64,000 nucleotides of DNA from Balamuthia mandrillaris (lineage: Eukaryota), in the NCBI GenBank assembly GCA_031835245.2, contig JAVKOQ020000038.1, positions 124,001 to 188,000 on the forward strand, read 5' to 3'. This document shows positions 34,416 to 42,750 of this stretch, one piece after another. A model generated the notes under the pieces. The model had not been told where the DNA came from. It worked only from the letters and a program-made list of their open reading frames with translations, and did not search any database. Numbering within the stretch: the stretch's first letter is position 1; the number at the start of each line of letters is the position of its first letter. The position numbers and the translations under genes are program-made.

Positions 34416-34922
34416 ATGCCGTATGATAATGTACCTGTTCATTTAACAGAGCAACAGCAAAAGTCCATTGGTAAGGCTATCAAAGCGGGCTGAGGTGTTA
34501 ATATTTGGCTTACAAGAAAGCAACTGAGGGCCGAACCGAATGCCGCACTGCTGCTTACCAAAACACAAGCAAAGCGGCTTAAACGATCGGCAAAGGCCGG
34601 CAAAGGCTTAGTGTTGAAGCTTAGTAAGACACAATTGGTGAGAATGAAGCCACAAGTTGGGGGATTCTTACCAGTTCTAGCAGCCTTCGTTGCGCTGATT
34701 CTCGCGGGTGTTGCTGATAAACTTATTGATAAAGGCATTGATACAGCAACCGGCGCATTGGGCAAACTATTTGGGGGAAATGTGAGAAGAAAGATAAAGC
34801 CAAGGAAAGGCAGAGGATTACATCTAGGATACACAATGGGCTCGCAAAACAGACATTCCATACGGAACCCGGCCCAATCTGGTGGTTGTGGTAAGTGTAA
34901 AAAAAAAGGTTCCACGCTCTGA
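34416..34922 (+). pseudogene. Virion core/membrane-active precursor with GGFL site; TGA at 34491
   Basis: LTEQQQK..KAIKAG*G...LLLTKTQ..RL...LKLSKTQL...GGFLPVLAA: Maverick-type small structural protein. Confidence 0.7.
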
Positions 34923-35365
34923 GCAACTTTGAGTTGGTAGAGATGTTAGCAGATTCGCCCTCATTTGCTGGCGTGTTTGCCCGCGATGAAGCCAAGAATG
35001 TGAAGACGAAAGACATTAACTTACCGGCGAGTTTTATCTTCAACTATGACAAACACTCACAACCGGGTTCACATTGGGTCGCTGTATATTGCGAGAAGAA
35101 CAGCCCATTTGTTGAGTACTATGATTCGTATGGTGTTGTTCCACAGCTGGAGCTTGAACGATTTCTGCGGAGGATTGCGCCCAAGCGCACAATATTGTAT
35201 CCTTCCATGCAGACACAAACGGACAAAACAGTTCTCTGCGGCTATTACTGTGTCCTCTACATTCAGCAAAGAGACGCCGGTAGAACACCGGCAGATATCA
35301 TCACTGTGTTCGATCAGGAACCAACAGCGGCCAATGAAGCTATCGTGCGGGATTATTTTACATGA
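34901..35365 (+). CDS. Adenain-like maturation cysteine protease; frame opens at an A9 run with no ATG before LSNF
   Basis: LSNFEL, FAGVFARD, FNYD...GSHWVA, YYDSYG, Q.Q....LCGYYC (H-D-Q-C set). Confidence 0.9.
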   Translation, partial: KKRFHALSNFELVEMLADSPSFAGVFARDEAKNVKTKDINLPASFIFNYDKHSQPGSHWVAVYCEKNSPFVEYYDSYGVVPQLELERFLRRIAPKRTILYPSMQTQTDKTVLCGYYCVLYIQQRDAGRTPADIITVFDQEPTAANEAIVRDYFT

Positions 35366-35416
35366 ACTGTTTTTATGTCGCCTGTAGTATAATACTTAGT
35401 GAAACCGGCAAGAACA

Positions 35417-35833
35417 ATGTTGATAGACCGTAGAAACATACACAGGTATGGTCCGGCGCACTTGCAGCGCGGGGGCTTCCTGAAGAACTTGATAAGAAAA
35501 GGAAAGAACACGCTGAATCCCAAAGGATTAGTTGGCACTTTGGGAAAGGAATTGTTAGGCGTTATCAAACCTATTGCAACCGGCAAGATTGAACAACTGG
35601 CTGACAGTGCGAAGTCTACTGCCAAAGGCAAAGTGCGCGAATTGCTCGGCGTGAAGTCTGGCAGTGGTATGCGAATGATCGGGTCCGGTTCTGGCAAGAA
35701 GAAGCCGGCAAAGAGTAAGCCAAGTGCCAAAGCAACGAAGAAGCCAACGCCAAAGAGTCGCGCACAGTTTGATAGCTTTCTAGGCGCCTCAATGAAGAAG
35801 AAACAGTCTGGTAAGGGACTGCGAATGATGTAA
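35417..35833 (+). CDS. Basic core protein precursor
   Basis: Lys-rich; RGGFL, GSGM and GKGL protease-site-like motifs. Confidence 0.7.
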   Translation: MLIDRRNIHRYGPAHLQRGGFLKNLIRKGKNTLNPKGLVGTLGKELLGVIKPIATGKIEQLADSAKSTAKGKVRELLGVKSGSGMRMIGSGSGKKKPAKSKPSAKATKKPTPKSRAQFDSFLGASMKKKQSGKGLRMM

Positions 35834-35877
35834 ATGTGGCGGCGGTAGTAAGCATACATCGATGTAAATATTTTTTT

Positions 35878-36036
35878 GGCCGGAGAGTAGCCTTCTTGCG
35901 GCAAAGCAAAGAAGAAGAGAGGAATTTAACAATTTACTAAGTTTATCTACCTTCCCCGAAATATGTAGCCTTCGTCAATCTATGGTTATATAACATTGTC
36001 TGACGAAGGCTACATTGAAATTCTTATATCCACTCG
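35878..36036 (+). repeat. Intergenic palindromic repeat, copy 4
   Basis: Perfect arms 35963-35977 and 36001-36015; third box at about 35887. Confidence 0.95.
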
Positions 36037-36104
36037 CCGGTATTATCTGTCGACCGATAACACGTAATCGTTTTATGTCGGCCTTAGTATAGTATACTGT
36101 GAGA

Positions 36105-37358
36105 ATGAAAGACTACTCTCAGTACAAATTCACAGATGAAGCATATGATGCCGGGTTGGAATACTTACAAACAAATACTTTGCCGGATCTCTTGCCGAAA
36201 GAACAGCGGCGTTTTGCTGATAAGTGGCGGCACTTCCGGCTTCAAGAAGGAACAGAAGACACCATTGTGGTGAAGTATGATGGCCGGATTGTAGTACCCG
36301 CTGGCGCTATTGATCGTGTGCTCGGCGAACTGATGGCAAGCCTGGCGACAATGGCATACGGCCGGGATAAGTTATATAAGCGCGCTGTGGAGTCATTTAT
36401 CGGCATATCTCGGCGGGATGTTGCGGCATACTTGCAGCGGAATCATACTAACCAATTACATCAACCGATTCGTAAGATTGCAGTGAAACAACCTATTCGG
36501 GCAAAGGCGCCGCATGAACGCCTGCAAGCGGATCTCGTGGATGTCAGTGCACTGCGCGGGTTTAACGACCGATACAATTTCATACTTACGGCTATCGATG
36601 TGTTCAGCAAATATGCGTGGGCGTTCCCAATCACCAAGAAGACTGCGGCGAATGTGGCCCGTTGGTTGCGGCCATTATTGGCGGAACAGCAGCCTAAAAT
36701 CCTGCAAACAGATAACGGCGCAGAGTTCGTCAATCATCTGCTGCGTGGCGCCCTGGAAGAGAATGGAATCGCACACATTACATCAAAGCCATACAAACCA
36801 AACTCACAAGCCGTTGTTGAGCGCTTTAACGGCACACTCAAGCGCATGCTCTGGCGGCATATGACCGCGAGTGGCACGAAGAATTGGAAGCGAGTGTTGC
36901 CTGCGGTGATAGACAACTACAACAATAGCTATCACTCAACAATTGGCGCAACACCGGCGGAAGTCCACTTGGCGCCAACACGGCGGAGATTACGAGCGGC
37001 CCGGCGTGGTATCAATAAGCAAGCGGCGGAGATGGTTGCGGCGGGAGAAGAAGAGAGAGAAGACTTGCCCGCAGTGCAGAGGCGGAGTGTACTGTTGGAG
37101 AAGTTTGCCCGAAAGACAGAGAAGTGGCGTAAGAGTTATGTGAGGAATTTCTCGCATGATTTGTATGAAGTAGTGCGGGTACATCCGGCAACCAAATACA
37201 TTGCAGAGCGCTATTCATTACGGCAGAAGTATGAGTGGCAGCAACGGGAACGTAATTACTTGCCGGTATTCGCCGAAACAGAGCAACGGCCCTTCTACCG
37301 AGATGAAATCCTGCCGGTGCAAATAAGCGACTACAGCGAATTATTTACGGAGACGTGA
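36105..37358 (+). CDS. Retroviral-type (rve, DDE) integrase
   Basis: QADLVDV, ILTAIDVFSKYAWA, LQTDNGAEF, VVERFNGTLK, YNNSYHSTIG.TP; ORF intact. Confidence 0.95.
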   Translation: MKDYSQYKFTDEAYDAGLEYLQTNTLPDLLPKEQRRFADKWRHFRLQEGTEDTIVVKYDGRIVVPAGAIDRVLGELMASLATMAYGRDKLYKRAVESFIGISRRDVAAYLQRNHTNQLHQPIRKIAVKQPIRAKAPHERLQADLVDVSALRGFNDRYNFILTAIDVFSKYAWAFPITKKTAANVARWLRPLLAEQQPKILQTDNGAEFVNHLLRGALEENGIAHITSKPYKPNSQAVVERFNGTLKRMLWRHMTASGTKNWKRVLPAVIDNYNNSYHSTIGATPAEVHLAPTRRRLRAARRGINKQAAEMVAAGEEEREDLPAVQRRSVLLEKFARKTEKWRKSYVRNFSHDLYEVVRVHPATKYIAERYSLRQKYEWQQRERNYLPVFAETEQRPFYRDEILPVQISDYSELFTET

Positions 37359-37393
37359 AGAATTTGTGAGCATAAGTATAGTAAACAAGCAAG

Positions 37394-37678
37394 ATGGCAG
37401 ACGTGCGCATGTGTTGTGATTTGGCGTCGAGTGATGAAGAAGGCGGCCAACAAGCCGGCAAGACTGCCGTAAAGAGGTGGATATGTTGTAAGCTGCGGCT
37501 AAAGTATTTGTGGGCGCTAATACAGTTAGCGGTGAGTCTGCTAGTGTTGTTGTTCTGCTTTGTACGTATTTGGTTTGCGATCAACGACACAGAGAAATAC
37601 GTTTGGATATCATTGATTAGTGGGATTGTTGGCTATTATCTGCCTTCGCCGCTGTCGGGCAACCTGTTGGAGAAGTAG
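37394..37678 (+). CDS. Small two-TM membrane protein
   Basis: Two hydrophobic helices ending VWISLISGIVGYYLPSP. Confidence 0.7.
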   Translation: MADVRMCCDLASSDEEGGQQAGKTAVKRWICCKLRLKYLWALIQLAVSLLVLLFCFVRIWFAINDTEKYVWISLISGIVGYYLPSPLSGNLLEK

Positions 37679-37730
37679 ATTAAATTCTCCGGGCACTGTT
37701 TGCCAGGATCATTTGTCTTTTTTTGTCGGC

Positions 37731-37905
37731 CAGTGGTTATAAGAATTTCAATGGTCGTGGAACGACGTGCGAAGCACTAGCCTTCGTCAGAACAGATTAT
37801 ATAACCATAGATTGACGAAGGCTACATCTAACTGAAGAAGGCCGGTAGAAGTCATAAACAGTTATTATCTCTCATTCTTCTGGGCTTTGCCGAACAAAGG
37901 CTACT
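37731..37905 (-). repeat. Intergenic palindromic repeat, copy 5 (inverted), with a 24-bp double-hairpin insert
   Basis: 37778-37892 is the reverse complement of 22241-22355 with one mismatch; insert at 37754-37777. Confidence 0.95.
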
Positions 37906-37933
37906 TTTTGTCCACAACCAACGCACACTCTCG

Positions 37934-37965
37934 CCGTCCACTACCGGCACTCTGCCTGCTAAATT
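37934..37965 (-). repeat. Subterminal copy of 32-bp inverted repeat
   Basis: Exact reverse complement of 17510-17541, about 90 bp inside the right end. Confidence 0.95.
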
Positions 37966-38060
37966 AGGTACGAGAGTGGACAAATTAGCAGGACAAAAAA
38001 CACGCTAAGTCGTTGTGAAACCGTATTGTGTACTGTACGGCGTAGTGGACGGTCTTATCT

Positions 38061-38491
38061 GCGCTTCTTCTGCCTCGAAACAGCGACACGAAAGAATAGC
38101 GGCAGATGGCGATGATGACGAGATGAGCTTCAGACAACGCGTGGCATCGAACGACGAAGAAACCGGAGGAATACGAGCAACTTTCATTGCTACGAAAGTG
38201 GTGATGGATGACAAAACGAAGACTGAAGGAGGAAGCAGCTTAAAGGGTAAAGAATGTACCCAAAAGGAGAAGAAAAAGGCAAAGAAGAAGACTAAGATCA
38301 AGGCGAAGAAAAAGCTAAGACAGCGTTCTAGAAGCTTGAGTCCAAGCAACTGTACGCTACAACTAGAAAAAGAAGAACCCAAAACATCAGCAGAGATGAA
38401 CAGCAACGACGGTTTCAAGCTTCACGAGATAGGAGCAGCAGTGATGGTGGCACCCCTTTTGAAAGGAGCACGTGCACTTTTGTTCCCATAA
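38061..38491 (+). CDS. Probable displaced 3' part of the host PH-SAM-PB1 gene (low complexity, Lys-rich)
   Basis: Host-like open frame with no own start, beginning at the element boundary; junction frame ambiguous. Confidence 0.45.
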
Positions 38492-38880
38492 CAATGCATT
38501 GAAGAAGCTTTCTTCCATGTCTTCTTTTACAACAAGATGAAGCTCCGCGCTATGAAGATCACCTCGCGCTGGAAGGAGAGGAACACCCAACCGTAATCAG
38601 GTGAATCTTCTTCACGAGCCAGCATTCCACAAAAATCACCGCTGGCCGAAGCCAAAAGCGGAGCAGTAGTGACGTCGCTACCCATGAACATGCCGGTCGT
38701 TGTTTTCAGCTTTCTTTGGCCCCTAAAGAGTCGAACATCAATGCAGACATGAGCAAGGACATGGGAGAGATGCCCAAGCCAGGAGGGGAGCAGGGATGGG
38801 AGGAAACTCAGATCGGATGACGTGTAGATTAAATTAATTACCGGAAGTGATCGTAACGAGAGGAGCAGACAGCAGAAGAA

Positions 38881-40009
38881 ATGCGGCTCGGTCGAACGGC
38901 GGCATGGAGCTGCATGACGGTGTTCCTGGCGTTGTGGACCCTGTTGGTGCTGTGGATATCCGGCGCAGATAAAAACTCCAGCGCCGCCTATCAAGCAACC
39001 ATCGTGGAGCAGGCATTCCCTGCAACGAAAGAAGAGGAGGAAAACAAAGGGTCTCTCATCAGCTTCGAAGGCAACCGGCATGGCAAAGGCTTTCTCTACT
39101 TCATCGTCGGCCCAGTGGAGAAGCTCTACCAAGACGCCTGCTTCTCCGTTCGCACCTTCAGCAAACACACGCGTCACCGGAACTTCACCCTGGTGACGGA
39201 CGAGTTTGGCGTGTCCCTCTTCCGGTCTCGAAAATGGTGCGAAGGCGCGTTTAACCAGGTCATCAACATCCATGAGACCATCTTTAGGGATGCTAAACGG
39301 CGCATCAAGCCCCTCAAAGTGAGGAGCTACCAGCTGTCGCCCTATCGGGATACGGTCTTCTTGGATGCCGACACGATGGCTTGCAGGAACGTGGATGACT
39401 TGTTTGTCGTTTTGGAGTATGTCGACTTGGCTGCTGCTTATGCCACCGGTACGTTTCTCTTGCTTTATGGCTTCGTTTGCCAGACTGGTTTTGTTTGTCC
39501 TTTTTGCTTATTTTCTGATTCTGCATTCTTGTTTTTTCTGGTTGGTTTTGTGCTTCTTCCTCTTACAGGTCGGCATCATGGTGGCGGTGGCCCAGCCAAA
39601 GAAGCTTTTCCTGAAATCAACACTGGTTTCCTTCTCTCACTCTTCCTCGCTCTCCATGTTCTTTGTGTAACACCTTCTCTCCTCTCTTATAGGAGTGGTG
39701 GCTTATCGAGACACAGAAGCAACGCGGCGATTGCTGCAAACGTGGGACCATCGCATCTCCAGAAGCGCAGGCAAGGCCACGCTGGACCAACCTTCCTTCC
39801 GCGTGGCATTGCTGGAAGACAGGAACGTCCGTTTTCACGTTCTCCCTCCAGAGTTCATGTGTCGCTCCACTCCAAACGGATGCGGGACCACCGTCATGAT
39901 GCAAGGCCTCGACCCTATCTATAACTTCGAGGCCGTTCCCTGTAGAATCATACATTCGAAGCGGATACAAAGAGAGGACGAACCCTTCCCTCCCGACCTC
40001 CATGGGTAA
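38881..40009 (+). CDS. Type II membrane GT-A glycosyltransferase, paralog 1 (3 exons)
   Basis: N-terminal TM; LSPYRDTVFLDADT (DxD), EINT-GVVAY, DQPSFR, LPPEF. Confidence 0.8.
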
Positions 40010-40141
40010 CATTCCTTGCAACAAAAAAGATAAAAGAAAACAAAGAATTGTTAAATAAATTTTTAGGTTAGGGTTTCGAGTATGTCGACAGTGTCGCTTC
40101 GCTAAAGAACACAACAAAAGAAGAAACGACAGAAAGAAAAG

Positions 40142-41056
40142 ATGCGGTCATGGCAGAGCCACCTGCAGTTCACACCTGTGCAATGGGCGTTGTTGATGGT
40201 GTGTTTTGTTGGGTGGACGACGGTGGTGCTCAGGCTGGCAAAACCCACCTCGTATTTCTCCTACGATGGGACGGAAATAGTAACGGGGTGCACACACGAG
40301 AATCCTGCAACAAGCAACACCGATAGCCAGGCTCGAATAACAAAAACAAGCGACGAGGAGGCTCTTCAGAAAGAGCTCAAACGTAAAGGGGATGAGGAGG
40401 CGGTGGTGGGCGACCAAGGGGAAGACGAAGGAAATGACGATGAAGAGGCCACAGGCGATGAGGAACCAGAAACGGAGGAGCTTGTTTTCGACGACGACGG
40501 GAAAGATCTGATAAGTTTCGATGGCAAAAGGCACGGGAGAGGATTTCTTTACTTTGTTGTCGGCAAGGTGGCCAAGCTCTACCAAGACTCGTGTTTCTCT
40601 GCCCGTTCAATGAGGCAGTACACCAGCTTTGCCAACACCACAATGATCACCGATGAGTATGGTGTTTCCCTCTTTCGTTCCGGCTGGTGCAAAGGAGCCT
40701 TCGATAAGATCATCAACATTCATGAGACGGTGTTCAGGGACAAGGCACGCCGCATTAAACCGCTGAAAGTGAGGAGCTATCAACTGTCGCCCTACCGAGA
40801 CACTGTATTCTTGGATGCCGATACGATGGCTTGTATGAATGTCGATGACCTCTTTGCCATCTTGGAGTATGTCGACTTGGCTGCTGCCTATGCCACTGGT
40901 ACTTATCGCTATCATTTCGACAACGTTCTTTCAGTTGCTTTATGACTATAATCTTGTCAAAAGGACGGCATCATGGAGGCGGAGGCCCTGCACGTGCCAT
41001 CTTTCCAGAACTCAACACTGGTGCTCACTCACTCTCTCGCTATCCGTCTTTCGTGT

Positions 41057-41088
<32 letters not shown>

Positions 41089-41427
41089 CTGCGCTTACTA
41101 ATCTTAGAGTGAGCAGGAGTGGTGGCTTACCGTGACACAGAAGGGACTCGCGAGCTGCTACGGGGATGGGACAAGAAGATTTCAACAGGAGCCTCTTCAC
41201 TGGATCAACCGAGCTTCCGTGTTTCATTGCTGGAAGACAGGAACATTCGTTTTCACGTTCTCCCACCAGAGTTCATGTGTCGCTCCACCGCCAGTGGATG
41301 TGAAACCAAAGTCATGATGCAAGGACAAACGCCGCCGTTCAAGTTCGAGTCGGTCCCTTGTAGGATCGTACATTCGAAGCGAATCCAACGAGCGGACGAA
41401 CCGTTTCCACAAAGGTTGTCAGACTGA
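40142..41427 (+). CDS. Type II membrane GT-A glycosyltransferase, paralog 2 (3 exons)
   Basis: Same motifs and intron positions as paralog 1; tandem duplicate. Confidence 0.8.
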
Positions 41428-41520
41428 CATAGCCAAACTGGTTTTCAATAAAAGAAGAAGGCAAGAAGAATGGAGAAAGAAACAAGAAGTAGCATAGTCG
41501 AATCCAATTCGTTTGTTGCC

Positions 41521-42732
41521 TTACCAATCTAACTCTTTCGGCGGTGCAGCGGAACAAGCAGCTCCAGTTTCAGCGGTGAGCGGTTTGGTCCACTCGTAGA
41601 TACCTCCTCGTTTCACAAACATGGGCTCATCAAAACCAGCTTGCTTCAGGGCAGCTTCCACTCCAACTTCGAAGATGGACTGAGATGGCACTTTAGCTCC
41701 ATCACTGCAATTCAAAAATCTCATCTGCTCATCTAACAAGAGATAGGAGTTTTGCATCTTCTCGTTGCTCTCATCCACTAGACTGGGTTGATGGGAGTGT
41801 CTCTCCAAAAACGCTTTGAACTGCTCGTCGCTGACACAGAGGGAGCGCGCGTCTCGCAGCTCGTTCTCTCCTCCGCTGTTCTCTCCTTTCAGGATCAACA
41901 CCTGAAAGACCTTCCATCGATAGGGCTTCAGGCGAGAGACGTGCTCGTTCATGTCCTCCTGCCAGTTATGAGCGTTTACAACGGTGTTGAGCTTGAACAG
42001 GACGTTATAGGTTCTGCACCATTCCGCCACTTGAAAGACCTTGTTGGTGTGCTTGCCGGTACCTCTGCCAATCCTCCTGTTTGTTTCCTCATCGAAGCTA
42101 TCGCAGGAGACACCTAATATGTCCAGATAGGGAGAGTATCGCTGCATCCATTTCTCGGTTACTTTGGAGCCGTTGCAAATGATGGTCACGCTCTCTAGTT
42201 TCAGTTCCTCTTTGCAGTACTTGCATAGCTCGCCCAGCAGCTTTGGTTGCAGGAATGGTTCGCCACCAGAGAAGTTAATCTTTATCATCCCACGTTCATG
42301 CAACAGTTTGAGGCCCTGTTTGAAAGTGTTAAAGAGGAAAGCAGAAACAGAAAAAGAAGTAGAAAGGAGGAGGAAGAAGAACAAAATAAGAAAAATAAGG
42401 GAAGAAACGAAGAAGAAGCACAAAAGAGTAACCTGTTTCGCTTTCTCCAGCGGAAGGACATCGCTAGTTTTGGCAGTGTGGAAGCAGAAACCGCAAGAGT
42501 AATTACATACTCGCGATGGGAAGTAGTTGACGCTCAACGGCACAAAGCCAAGTTCCTCTTTCGCATTCTTCTCCTTCTTCTTGTCCAATTGTTGGTATTC
42601 CAGTGTCTCGCTGTCTTTCTCGGTTTGTTCAGAAGGAGTGACCGCCAAAGCAGACGAAGATGAGAGTGTTGCCCTCTTTTCTTCCCTTAGTTCATGACAA
42701 GCGCACTCTTTCAACCTCCGACAGCTTCTCAT
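41521..42732 (-). CDS. RSAD2: Viperin (radical SAM antiviral nucleotide dehydratase), one intron at about 42320-42432
   Basis: [76 protein letters not shown]. Confidence 0.92.
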   Translation of the reverse strand: MRSCRRLKECACHELREEKRATLSSSSALAVTPSEQTEKDSETLEYQQLDKKKEKNAKEELGFVPLSVNYFPSRVCNYSCGFCFHTAKTSDVLPLEKAKQVTLLCFFFVSSLIFLILFFFLLLSTSFSVSAFLFNTFKQGLKLLHERGMIKINFSGGEPFLQPKLLGELCKYCKEELKLESVTIICNGSKVTEKWMQRYSPYLDILGVSCDSFDEETNRRIGRGTGKHTNKVFQVAEWCRTYNVLFKLNTVVNAHNWQEDMNEHVSRLKPYRWKVFQVLILKGENSGGENELRDARSLCVSDEQFKAFLERHSHQPSLVDESNEKMQNSYLLLDEQMRFLNCSDGAKVPSQSIFEVGVEAALKQAGFDEPMFVKRGGIYEWTKPLTAETGAACSAAPPKELDW

Positions 42733-42750
42733 AATCTCATCGTCTACTGA

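Larger units (their letters stand above)
17509..38056. mobile_element. Endogenous Polinton/Maverick-like virus lacking pPolB, with primase-helicase, HUH endonuclease and rve integrase; degenerate
   Basis: Intron-less gene-dense block without microsatellites; MCP, penton, ATPase, adenain and integrase present; 32-bp inverted repeat 17510-17541/37934-37965; ATCT at 17505-17508 and 38057-38060 as candidate TSD. Exact ends uncertain by a few bp. Confidence 0.9.

Noticed and set aside
21976..34493. UGA=Trp genetic code in the virus
   Set aside because: TGG is used for Trp, several genes appear to end in TGA, contexts favour Arg, and G>A missense changes at CpG accompany the stops.
22221..37905. 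Repeats as a CRISPR array or classical Polinton TIRs
   Set aside because: Copies are kilobases apart in mixed orientation, with no spacer array, no cas genes and no TSD; viral-type genes lie outside the outermost pair.
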